From positions 3,008,001 through 3,072,000 of the forward strand of contig CBDCWG010000012.1 of the NCBI GenBank assembly GCA_965223345.1: DNA of 64,000 bases. Reading direction: 5' to 3'. This document shows positions 19,033-28,319 of this stretch, piece after piece (position 1 is the stretch's first letter; each line of letters begins with the position of its first letter). The notes under the pieces are model-generated. The model did no database searches, was not told the origin of the DNA, and worked only from the letters and a program-made list of their open reading frames with translations. Both the position numbers and the translations under genes were made by a program. This DNA is from Nitrospinales bacterium. GTDB taxonomy: Bacteria; Nitrospinota; Nitrospinia; Nitrospinales; VA-1.

Positions 19033-20507
19033 AATCGTTCAAAGCCTTACCCATCAAATACAAATTGATCGTGCTGCTGTTTCTGATTTCCTTTGGCACG
19101 CTTTCGATTTCATCCGCTCTGTTTATCTACAACGATCTTAAATTTTTCAAATCCAGCCTGGTGAAGAATCTTGCGGTTCTGGCCGGCACCATCGGCGCCA
19201 ACAGCCGGGCGGCGGTTTATTTTGAAGATCAGGAAACCGCCAGTAAAATTCTGTCTTCCCTGAATGAGGAATCGCAGGTCCAGCACGCTGCGCTCTACGA
19301 CAGCAAAGGCAATGTCTTCGCCACATTCGAGGCGGGACAAGCAGAGGAAGTCGAAGCCCAGTCGCTGGAACTGCTGTCGTTCACCTTCAAGGACGACATG
19401 GTCGAGCTGAAGCGTCCGATCCTGCTGAAGAATCAAACCATCGGCGAGATCCACCTGACCGCGAGCCTGACCGAATTCAGCACCTTCATCGACAAGTATC
19501 TGATCCTGGTCGCCCTCATCATCATCGGAACGCTCTGTGCGTCGCTGCTCATTTCCATGAAGCTGCAGGGAATCATTTCCAAGCCGATCCTAAATCTTGC
19601 CAACAAGACCCAGGAAATTTCGGACAAAGGAGATTTCTCCATCCGGGTCCAGAACCAGTACGAGGACGAACTGGGCGTGCTTTACTCGGGATTCAACAAT
19701 ATGATCTCCAATATAGAAAAACGGGATCTCGATCTTGTGACCACGAACACCGCCCTGAAAAACGAAGTCAACCAGCGCCGCCAGGCGGAGATGAACCTGA
19801 AAATCTACTCGAACGAATTGCGGCGCAGCAACCAGGAACTGCACGACTTCGCCCACATCGCATCGCACGACCTGCAGGAACCGTTGCGGAAAATAATCAC
19901 CTTCAGCGACCGGTTGTCCTCGACCATACCGGATCTCGGCACGCAGGCCGCGGATTACATCACCCGCATGCAAAATGCGGCGCTGCGCATGCAAAACTTC
20001 ATCAAGGATCTGTTGAAATACTCATCCATCGAGGCCAAGGCCAAGGAATTTTCCAGGGTGGATCTAAACACGGTCGTCCATTCGATCCTGGAAGACCTGG
20101 AGATCAAGATCCAGTCCCTGAAGGCGAAGGTCGTTTTCAAAAACCTGCCCGAGATCGAGGCGAATCCGTTTTACATCCGCCAACTGCTGCTGAACCTGAT
20201 CGGCAATTCGTTAAAATTTCACCGGGAAGACGAGCCTCCGGAAATCCACATATCCTGCAACAACCTGGAAGGTCTGTACTGGGAAATCGTCGTGTCGGAC
20301 AACGGCGTCGGCTTCGATGAAAAATATCTCGACCGGATCTTCCGTCCCTTTGAACGGTTGCACTCGGGAAGCGAGTACGAAGGCACCGGAATCGGCCTGG
20401 CGATCTGCAAAAAAATCGCCGCCTACCACGACGGCACCATCCGCGCATCCAGCAACCCAAACAAGGGAACCACGTTTTACATCACGATCCCGCAAAAACC
20501 GAGTTGA
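19029..20507 (+). CDS. Membrane sensor histidine kinase (YfiN-like periplasmic CHASE domain, HAMP, HisKA, HATPase)
   Basis: NSRAAVYFEDQETA (YfiN-like), DELGVLYSGFNNM (HAMP), ASHDLQEPLRKI, NLIGNSLKF, DNGVGF, GTGIGLAICKKI. Confidence 0.92.
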   Translation: MKSFKALPIKYKLIVLLFLISFGTLSISSALFIYNDLKFFKSSLVKNLAVLAGTIGANSRAAVYFEDQETASKILSSLNEESQVQHAALYDSKGNVFATFEAGQAEEVEAQSLELLSFTFKDDMVELKRPILLKNQTIGEIHLTASLTEFSTFIDKYLILVALIIIGTLCASLLISMKLQGIISKPILNLANKTQEISDKGDFSIRVQNQYEDELGVLYSGFNNMISNIEKRDLDLVTTNTALKNEVNQRRQAEMNLKIYSNELRRSNQELHDFAHIASHDLQEPLRKIITFSDRLSSTIPDLGTQAADYITRMQNAALRMQNFIKDLLKYSSIEAKAKEFSRVDLNTVVHSILEDLEIKIQSLKAKVVFKNLPEIEANPFYIRQLLLNLIGNSLKFHREDEPPEIHISCNNLEGLYWEIVVSDNGVGFDEKYLDRIFRPFERLHSGSEYEGTGIGLAICKKIAAYHDGTIRASSNPNKGTTFYITIPQKPS

Positions 20508-20516
20508 TCTGGTTTT

Positions 20517-21962
20517 CTATTTGTCGAGCCTCGCGTAGACCCGCCTGCCGATATTGAGAAAGTCGATAGCCGGTTTGCCGGCGCCGGTCCCAAACACCCG
20601 GCTGTCGTAAGGGAAAAAACCGATCCGCTCCGGCTTGCCGTTGTCCGGCCTGAGTTCCAGCGTGTAGCCGGTAATGTGATAACTGCCCTCCCCGGCGTTG
20701 CTGCGGCCGCTGTTGCCGATGCCCGCAGGCGCGTTCGCACTGACCGCTGAAAACGAGGAGGTGGTGTAACGGCCGTTCCTTGCAAACCGGAGCACATTGG
20801 ATTTGATCGCCACCATCGCGGCGCTGGTCGCGCCTGCGAATGTTTTGTACGCGCCTTCGATCCGGGCGCCCTCCGGCAAGGGAGCCACGTAACGGTAGGT
20901 GGTGCTGCGGATTTTGAAACTTTCGCCGCGGGTCTCCAGCGTTTTCCTGTCCAGGTATTTGAAGTCGTCATCGTAGTAGCCGATGCTTCCCAACAGGTGG
21001 TACTTGGGCCGTTCCGCATACACGACCTTGTTGCTGTCGGTGAGCAGCCCTCTGGGCTTTTTGGCAAAATAGATCGGATACATCTCCGCGGCTTGCCGGT
21101 ACAGTTCCGGTTGCTCCTTTTTGAAGGGCCTGGCCTGGTTCGCAAAATAACCGGCAAAGTTCGGGCACAAGCCGGGGTTTTCTTTCAGGAGCTGCTTCGC
21201 AAAAACGGGAATGCGCGGCTTGAGTTTTGCGACGTCCTGCTCGAACTCCCCTTTCACCAGCGCGTCCATCTCGTGCAACAGATTTGCATCGAAGTAGGCT
21301 TTCCGGGCTTTGTTGTTGGCCGAGAGGGTCTTGCGGGAAATTTTTTTGCACTGGTTCACGGTTTCACGCAGGACCGAAGCCGTCGTGTAGATGTCGAGAA
21401 CCTGTTTCTTAAAACCGGCGCTCGAACCCGGGGCCGCCAATTTGGATTCACCGGCAGGGGGCGTTGTGCCCGCGGACGGAGCGGCGGAAGCCGTGCTGCC
21501 GGGTTGCGTCACCAGCGCATCGAACGTCGCCCCCAGGTCCGAGGAGCCGAGCTTTCTGGCATACTCATCCAGCATCAGGGGCATCGCCGAACAGGCGTCC
21601 GGATTTTTTTTGATTTTTTCCCGCATGGCGGGAATTCCCAACGTGTCAAACCGGTCTTTGATCCTGGCCAAGCCCGGAGCTTTCCATTGCGCGTTCGCGT
21701 AAAAGGCTTCGATGCGGACGAGGGAATGCTTCTTCTCAAACTCCTGCATGACGACTCGATTGACCGCCGCTCTTTCCGGCACCACTTCGTCGCAGACGGT
21801 GTGGATGGCCCGGATCGAAAGAACATGCACGTACAGCCTTCCCAGATCCATGGCCCGCTTTTCGGCTCCTTTCCCAGTTGCGGGCGCAGCCTGTATGAGA
21901 ACAGGTACAATAGCGATCAGACCGGCATTAAAAACGGCAAACAGAAACCACCTCGTTTTCAT
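20517..21962 (-). CDS. Hypothetical exported protein: two Cys-pair helical repeats and a C-terminal beta domain
   Basis: ATG 21962 (MKTRW) after GAAGGAAA; signal peptide; repeats ending NPDAC and NPGLC. Confidence 0.65.
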   Translation of the reverse strand: MKTRWFLFAVFNAGLIAIVPVLIQAAPATGKGAEKRAMDLGRLYVHVLSIRAIHTVCDEVVPERAAVNRVVMQEFEKKHSLVRIEAFYANAQWKAPGLARIKDRFDTLGIPAMREKIKKNPDACSAMPLMLDEYARKLGSSDLGATFDALVTQPGSTASAAPSAGTTPPAGESKLAAPGSSAGFKKQVLDIYTTASVLRETVNQCKKISRKTLSANNKARKAYFDANLLHEMDALVKGEFEQDVAKLKPRIPVFAKQLLKENPGLCPNFAGYFANQARPFKKEQPELYRQAAEMYPIYFAKKPRGLLTDSNKVVYAERPKYHLLGSIGYYDDDFKYLDRKTLETRGESFKIRSTTYRYVAPLPEGARIEGAYKTFAGATSAAMVAIKSNVLRFARNGRYTTSSFSAVSANAPAGIGNSGRSNAGEGSYHITGYTLELRPDNGKPERIGFFPYDSRVFGTGAGKPAIDFLNIGRRVYARLDK

Positions 21963-22248
21963 GACTTTCCTTCTGGATGACGCTGAACACACGGCTCCGG
22001 CCCGGCGCCAACGCCAATCCCTTTCGCATTGGATAGAATGGAACCCGCAGCAAACCATTCAATGCGGATTTTTAAAAAGAGGTGGATCACAAAATCCTGT
22101 GATGTGGGTGGCAAAGGCCGTTCCTGAAATGGCGGCTGCAAGTCAATAAGGCGGGATATTGCAACCAGATGGAATCGGGAATCGAGACGGCACGGGCAAG
22201 AACGAAATGTGATAAAATTTGAGTGCAAACCGTTCAGGGGTGACAATC

Positions 22249-22920
22249 GTGAGACGATTTCCGATTCTTCTCGTTTTGTTGCTGACCGGATGCGCGGCGT
22301 CGATCTACGATATGGAGACGCGCCGGGCGCTTTCCCTGACCCCCGCCGATTTCGCCTCCACCATCACCTCCCAGGGGGATCAGGACCAGCTTTCAGAATA
22401 CATTCAAATCAGTACGGAGAGAGGGTTTCAGCGCAAGACCGGCATCGCGCGCGATATTCCCACTGGCTTCGACTATCATCTGCGCGGGCGCATTCACAAA
22501 AAGACCGGTGAGCGGACGTATCAGGTCTACGTCAAATGGGAGCATGGGGGCGACTGGTTTCACCCCAGGCAGGCGGTGTTCGGCGACCCCTTTCAAATTG
22601 CGGAGATCACCCTGGTGAGCAAGAACAGGGACTGCGACACCGAATGTTATTTTACGGAAGAGTTTGTTTTCGACGTTCCGGAGAGCGCGCTGCGCAAGGT
22701 GTACGACCGGGGTATGCAGAAGATCGACCTGCCGGAGGGCATGCTGCCGCGCGAATTTCTCGATAACAACAAGGAAAAGTTGGGATTCACCTACCGGATC
22801 ATCACCGACATCGGGTTTTATCCCGCCGCGCTCGTGCTGTCTCAGGAAATCATCGCGTTTCTGGACACCATGGACCGGATGGCTAAAAACACGCAAAACG
22901 ACGCCCCCGCTTTTCAGTGA
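22249..22920 (+). CDS. Hypothetical lipoprotein
   Basis: GTG 22249, VRRFPILLVLLLTGC lipobox. Confidence 0.7.
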   Translation: MRRFPILLVLLLTGCAASIYDMETRRALSLTPADFASTITSQGDQDQLSEYIQISTERGFQRKTGIARDIPTGFDYHLRGRIHKKTGERTYQVYVKWEHGGDWFHPRQAVFGDPFQIAEITLVSKNRDCDTECYFTEEFVFDVPESALRKVYDRGMQKIDLPEGMLPREFLDNNKEKLGFTYRIITDIGFYPAALVLSQEIIAFLDTMDRMAKNTQNDAPAFQ

Positions 22921-22941
22921 GCGCGTCAGGATTCAACGTTC

Positions 22942-23145
22942 ATGACTCAACGATTCTTCCTCATCTTCGGCATCCTCCTGGTTTTGCTCGGGCTGCTGTG
23001 GCCGTGGATCACCAAACTGGGCCTGGGGCGTTTGCCGGGGGATATCGTCGTCAAGCGGGATAATTTCAGTTTTTACTTCCCCATCACCACCTGCATTCTC
23101 ATCAGCGCTCTGCTGAGTTTCCTGTTCTGGCTGTTTCGAAAATAG
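22942..23145 (+). CDS. DUF2905 family membrane protein
   Basis: LGRLPGDIVVKRDNFSFYFPITTCILIS signature. Confidence 0.9.
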   Translation: MTQRFFLIFGILLVLLGLLWPWITKLGLGRLPGDIVVKRDNFSFYFPITTCILISALLSFLFWLFRK

Positions 23146-23469
23146 CGATATCCGGCAATTTCAGGCACACTCTTGCCAAACAGTTCGATCCGCTTGCGAG
23201 CCTACTTTCCGTTTGCTTTCGCGCCCGTCGCCGCAGGTTTTCATGCAATCCGGGATCTGGGGAAAGGAATACGCGGAAATCACATTCCCTGATGAGATTT
23301 CGATATCACTTTATCAGCCAGGTTGCTTTTGTGTTGAATTCACCCAAGATTGACTATTTCCCGATTTGGGGATAGTATCCCTCGCAGATCGTCAAACTCA
23401 CCTAAAGACAAAACATTAAAAAAACAATGACTTCAATTGGTATTTCCTTGTGAATAAAGCCTCTATTTA

Positions 23470-25959
23470 ATGCCTGGACTTCAAACGCCAATACGCGTCT
23501 TAGTCATATTCTTTGTATCCTTCGGTTTTGGCAGCTATTTGATCTACTTGTTGGAATCGAAACGAGAAGCTGAATCACGTGTCATGGCAACCCATTTCGC
23601 TGCCTCACACGCAAAAACGATTGAAACACAACTCTCCCGATCACTGTCAGCAACTTACGCCCTCGCCAGCATTCTAAAACAGAATAATACGATCTCAAAT
23701 TTCGACATTTTGGCGCAAGATTTGATTGAAAGGTATGGCGGCATCTCTAATCTGCAGCTGGCTCCAAACGCAATTGTCGGGCGAATCTTTCCTCTGAAAG
23801 GGAATGAGCAGGCTATAGGACTTGATCTGAATAAAAATTCTTACGCAATCGCCGCGATCAAATCGAAGAAATTGACGTTAGAGGGCCCATTCAATTTAAT
23901 ACAGGGAGGTGTTGGAGTCGTAGGCAGGTATCCTGTATTTTTAAAAAATCAGCAGTCGGGTGAAGAGGAATTCTGGGGATTCACCACTGCCCTGATTGAA
24001 TTATCCAAATTACTCAAGGAAGTCGATATTCATGGATTAGTAGAAAATAACTATAATTTTGAATTGTCGAGAATCGATCATGAGACCGGTAAACAGGTGG
24101 TTTTTTCAAAACTGAACAACAATTTGTTAGAGAAACCGGTATCCGTTGAAATTCAAATCCCAAATGGGAAATGGATGCTCTCCATTTCCCCTAAAGCAGG
24201 TTGGGGCTCCCCCTATCATCTTTTGATAGAAGCCTGTTTGGTCCTCATTTTCTCAGGGGCGTTGTCCTATTCGAGCTATAGAGTTTTTCTCAAACAACAT
24301 GAACTGAATGCCCAAAGAAACGAATATTCGCTGATTTTCAATTCCGCCCCCGCCTTTATTTATTACAAAGATAACAAGAACAATATTCTGCGCGTCAATA
24401 AAGCGGCTGCGAATTCACTGAATTTAAAACCAGATCAAATAGAAGGAAAGAATAGTAAAGAGTTTTTCCCTGAGCATTATGAGAAGTTTTACTTGGAGGA
24501 TCTGGAAGTTTTCAACTTCGGGAAACCCAAATTGGGTATTGTTGAGCCATACCAATCGGAATCCGGGCAAACAAGATGGGTTCAGACCGACCGGGTTCCT
24601 TGCCGAAACAGGAATGGGGAAGTCAATGGAATCCTTGTCTTTTCTGTCGATATAACCAGGCAAAAAGAAGCCGAAAATAAAATTCTGGAATATTCAAACA
24701 ATTTAGAAATCGCCGCTGCAGAAGAATATCAAGAAAACAGGGAAAAGTTTCGTCTCCTGTACAATCAAATATCAGAATTGCTGGCAGGCACTTCACCCGC
24801 AAATTCCGGGGAGAATTATTTTCAGTCTTTGGTGTACCACCTGGGCACAACATTCGGATTCGATTTCTGCTTTTTAGGGAGTATCGATAAAACAGGCCGG
24901 AAAATGTGTCGAACACTGGCTATGTTCAAGGACGGCGAAAACATCCCGAATAAGCAATACTCAATCCATGACACTCCCTGCGAAACGGTATATCAGGGGG
25001 CCGCTGTCTTTCACACAGAAAACCTGCAGGAATCGTTTCCCAATGACGCATCCCTGAAGGAGTTCGGGCTGAACAGCTTTCTGGGAGTGCCCATCTGGGG
25101 GCAACGTGAGCGCCCCATCGCTCATCTGGTTGTGATGAGCAAAGAACCCATTGAGTACTCGCCTCATATCATGTCTATCATCTCTCTCTTCGCCGCAAGA
25201 GCACAGGCGGAAATGCTGCGAATAAAATATGAAGATGAGTTGGAAACCTCTCGAGCAAGGTTGAGAGAGCTGAACATAAAAATGCAATCGATCCGTGAAG
25301 AAGAAAAATTTCACCTGGCACGTGAGATCCACGATGAATTGGGGCAGGTTTTGACCTATTGCAAGCTGGATTTACAGTGGATTAAGAATGGAATCCACAA
25401 TCAGGATGAAAAAATTGACAAGAGACTGGACCTGATGGTGAATCACCTGGATGACTCCATCAACAGCATTCGCAGAATTTCCACTGAATTGAGACCCGTC
25501 ATATTGGACGTACTGGGAATTATAGAAGCTCTCAAATGGCAGGCTGAAAAATTTCAGAAAAAGACGGGGATAGATTACAGGTTGCACATCGAACCTGAAA
25601 AATTCAAATGCCAAAGCGATCTTTCAACAGACCTGTTTCGAATATTTCAGGAAACATTGACCAATATTGCCCGTCATGCACAAGCAACTTCGGTGCACGT
25701 CAGATTTGTAAAAGAAGGGAAGCATATTCGACTGGTTGTGGAAGACAACGGAAAGGGTTTCGACACAACATCTGAAATATTTTCGGGATCTCTGGGGTTA
25801 CTGGGTATGAAAGAAAGGGTTTTAAAATGGGAAGGTCAAATCAATATCAGAAGCAAGCCCGGAACGGGCACGTCCGTTGAAGTCATCATACCCATTAAAG
25901 GCGATTACAGTGCCAATCCAGGCGATAATAATATTGACCGTTTATCCCGCCAATCATGA
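23470..25959 (+). CDS. Sensor histidine kinase CHASE-PAS-GAF-HisKA_3
   Basis: LEGPFNLIQGG (CHASE); IYYKD..VNKA...DITRQK (PAS); TPCETV..SFLGVPI (GAF); AREIHDELGQ, QETLTNIARHA, DNGKGF, GLLGMKER. Confidence 0.92.
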   Translation: MPGLQTPIRVLVIFFVSFGFGSYLIYLLESKREAESRVMATHFAASHAKTIETQLSRSLSATYALASILKQNNTISNFDILAQDLIERYGGISNLQLAPNAIVGRIFPLKGNEQAIGLDLNKNSYAIAAIKSKKLTLEGPFNLIQGGVGVVGRYPVFLKNQQSGEEEFWGFTTALIELSKLLKEVDIHGLVENNYNFELSRIDHETGKQVVFSKLNNNLLEKPVSVEIQIPNGKWMLSISPKAGWGSPYHLLIEACLVLIFSGALSYSSYRVFLKQHELNAQRNEYSLIFNSAPAFIYYKDNKNNILRVNKAAANSLNLKPDQIEGKNSKEFFPEHYEKFYLEDLEVFNFGKPKLGIVEPYQSESGQTRWVQTDRVPCRNRNGEVNGILVFSVDITRQKEAENKILEYSNNLEIAAAEEYQENREKFRLLYNQISELLAGTSPANSGENYFQSLVYHLGTTFGFDFCFLGSIDKTGRKMCRTLAMFKDGENIPNKQYSIHDTPCETVYQGAAVFHTENLQESFPNDASLKEFGLNSFLGVPIWGQRERPIAHLVVMSKEPIEYSPHIMSIISLFAARAQAEMLRIKYEDELETSRARLRELNIKMQSIREEEKFHLAREIHDELGQVLTYCKLDLQWIKNGIHNQDEKIDKRLDLMVNHLDDSINSIRRISTELRPVILDVLGIIEALKWQAEKFQKKTGIDYRLHIEPEKFKCQSDLSTDLFRIFQETLTNIARHAQATSVHVRFVKEGKHIRLVVEDNGKGFDTTSEIFSGSLGLLGMKERVLKWEGQINIRSKPGTGTSVEVIIPIKGDYSANPGDNNIDRLSRQS

Positions 25960-25999
25960 GTTCTCTAGCTGATCACTTGATTTGATATCTAATTCGATA

Positions 26000-26977
26000 T
26001 CAAGTCTTCGTGCAGAGTGTCTGATAGGTATCGGCCAACTGATCTCTATAACTTTGCTCGCGGGTGCTTTCCTGAGCTTGGAGAAAGACACGCAGCCGGC
26101 TTTTCAGAAGACGGCATGCCTCCGGAGTTTTCCCCTGATGGTTCAGCGCGTGTGCCAGATTGTTGTATAAATACACCCCATCCGGCATGCTTCGGATCGC
26201 TTTGCGATAAGCCTTTTCCGCCCCGGCATAATTATTTGTTGCCATCAAAGCATTGCCCAAACCAAACCATCCCCGGGGATTATTAGGATCTCGTTTAAGA
26301 ATACTGCGAAAGGACGTGGCTGCAGAATCAAAGCGGCCTGCCCGTTCGAGATGAGCGGTTTCAACCAATAATTGTTCCAGGCTTGGCAGCTGGGGCAATT
26401 GATCCGGGGGAACGGCGACATAAGCCCATCGATCCGCTCGTTTCCACGTTTTTTGGAAAGTTTTAAAGGAAATAAACTTTGATTTTTTCCTGCCAGAGTT
26501 GAGGTAGAAACCACCACGGGAAAGGTCATAGCCAACGACAACGGAAAAATGCCATCGGGGGGCCCAGGAGAGGCCCAGATTCTGAAAAACGATGACCGGA
26601 TAATCGGCCGTTACGTATTCAACGATGCGCTCTTCGGTATGGACAGGCAGGGCCAGAAAACCGTTTCGGCGGGTTGCCGTGATCATGTCATGCTGGAATG
26701 TGCCTGCACGGCCCGGTGTGAAAGCCATCTCAGCGGCCTGAGCCTGGGTCACCTCGTGTTCATGATATTGCAGCACGGCAGCCAGAGCCGCAGGACCACA
26801 AAAATGCTCCTCCTGCGGAAGGAAGGGAACCCCACGGATGATATAGGAACCCACACCCGCCTGCTCAAGAGAGGCGATATCCAGCCGCGGCGTGGACGTT
26901 GTGGAGCAAGCCGCCAGAAACAAGATGCAAACAAGTAAAGTTTCTTTGCGGAAAATGGTTCCAAGCAAGCAGGTCAT
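26000..26977 (-). CDS. PA2778-family C39-like cysteine peptidase lipoprotein with TPR
   Basis: Lipobox LAAC; VPFLPQEEHFCGPAALA, WHFSVVVGYD, LNSG; C-terminal TPR. Confidence 0.88.
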   Translation of the reverse strand: MTCLLGTIFRKETLLVCILFLAACSTTSTPRLDIASLEQAGVGSYIIRGVPFLPQEEHFCGPAALAAVLQYHEHEVTQAQAAEMAFTPGRAGTFQHDMITATRRNGFLALPVHTEERIVEYVTADYPVIVFQNLGLSWAPRWHFSVVVGYDLSRGGFYLNSGRKKSKFISFKTFQKTWKRADRWAYVAVPPDQLPQLPSLEQLLVETAHLERAGRFDSAATSFRSILKRDPNNPRGWFGLGNALMATNNYAGAEKAYRKAIRSMPDGVYLYNNLAHALNHQGKTPEACRLLKSRLRVFLQAQESTREQSYRDQLADTYQTLCTKT

Positions 26978-26980
26978 GTA

Positions 26981-27379
26981 TCAATCATCAAAATCAAAAA
27001 CGTCTGTTTCGCCAATGATATCGGTAAAAAGAAGGACGAGAAAAATAATCACAATACCGCCCACAATGGGTCCCACAATGCCCTCCCCAGTAGGGATTGA
27101 ATCCAACCGGCCTTTTAAATTTGCAATTTCAGCATCGGAAAGTGCGGCAATGCGTTTTGCCGCTTCTGTCGGCAGGATCCCATACTCCAATAGTTTTTCA
27201 CGAACATCTTCCCGTTCCAAAAGGTTCAATATTTCTACACGGTTCGGGTCTGTCCTTTGTTGAAATACGACATCGCCCGTAGGAATGAATCCCGCCCAGG
27301 CTGTGTGTGTGAAAACAATGAAGAAAATGAGTTGAATGCAAACAATTTTTAAGAAAGCCTTGTTCATAATTTTCTCCAT
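26981..27379 (-). CDS. PA2779-family exported protein
   Basis: Signal peptide; LEREDVREKLLEYGI..RIAALSDAEI; C-terminal LVLLFTDIIGETDVF. Confidence 0.88.
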   Translation of the reverse strand: MEKIMNKAFLKIVCIQLIFFIVFTHTAWAGFIPTGDVVFQQRTDPNRVEILNLLEREDVREKLLEYGILPTEAAKRIAALSDAEIANLKGRLDSIPTGEGIVGPIVGGIVIIFLVLLFTDIIGETDVFDFDD

Positions 27380-28038
27380 AGAAAGTCAGCCGTAGCATCC
27401 CATTTAAAAGAAAAAACCTGTCTTAATATTATGATAAAGCCCTTTGGGATTTTCAGTCAAATATTTGTTTTTATTGACATTAATTGGTTTTTGCGGGGTG
27501 TTGGCAAAGTCGGCAAAATGGTTCAATTTAGGGGAATTGGAGTGCGAAAGAGAGGAGGCAGCCGAGATCAGGGGGGTCAATACTAACTAGGAAGCCTGGT
27601 CCTTCGGAGCCCGGTTTTTTCTGCGCCACAACGTCAACACTGTCAGTGCCCGTTTTGCATAATCCCAACTTTTCGATTTTAGCGTACAGTTCGAAACCGC
27701 TCGACGGTCACCTCGCCATCCACTGCATCGTCGCCCGCCAAATAAACCTTTATCCACTCAGGTTTAGTTCAATGAATGCTTGCTGAATGGCTGTGACCTA
27801 CCCTGCGAGTATGCTTGCCTGAAAAAAACTCGTAACTATATATCTAAGTGGTTTTCTAGTTAGTGCCGTCTCGATCAGCAAGCCGTGTGGATCTCCACGG
27901 GTCAGGTCGTAGCAAGCTCTGCGACCTCACCCTTTTTGCCTCCTGAATTTTTTCAGGAACCGCTCGGATGAGCTTGCCGTTTCAACGGCCTCACAGGCCG
28001 CAGAATTTCCGCTGCTGCCTACTATATGACGACTAATG

Positions 28039-28079
28039 AAAAAAAGGACTCACATCGAAATGATGTGAGCCCTTCTTTT
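28039..28079 (-). terminator. Original tRNA-Arg terminator, displaced by the integrated element
   Basis: CTCACATC/GATGTGAG stem with a T7 tail on the minus strand, directly after the duplicated tRNA 3' end. Confidence 0.8.
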
Positions 28080-28080
28080 G

Positions 28081-28127
28081 TTTGGTGCCCCCGAGACGAC
28101 TCGAACGTCCGACCTACGGATTAGGAA
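28081..28127. repeat. att site: duplicated 3' half of tRNA-Arg(CCT)
   Basis: 47 bp identical to 37251-37297; extends to 58 bp with one mismatch (28070-28127 vs 37240-37297). Confidence 0.97.
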
Positions 28128-28319
28128 ACTGTCACTGTTAAAATATTTACTCCTTCCAAAACAATTCCAACCCCTTATATTCACAACCTAAACTCCATAT
28201 TTATAGCATTTATTTAGGTTTGCTCAAGTTGCTTGAAGTTTACTAAAGTTTAACCTATTATGCTACCCGAACATTACCCAGGATTATAATTTCAGAGTGA
28301 CAGACCAAAGTCCGTCCAT

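Noticed and set aside
26000..26977. C39-like peptidase as the RiPP leader protease
   Set aside because: It is a PA2778-type lipoprotein with its own PA2779 partner, 10 kb away, and the precursor has no double-Gly site.
27899..27927. SRP RNA (GTCAGGTC similarity)
   Set aside because: Lacks the CCGGAAGGAAGCAGC domain IV continuation.
28081..28127. Second tRNA gene
   Set aside because: Only the 3' half is present; it is the att duplication.
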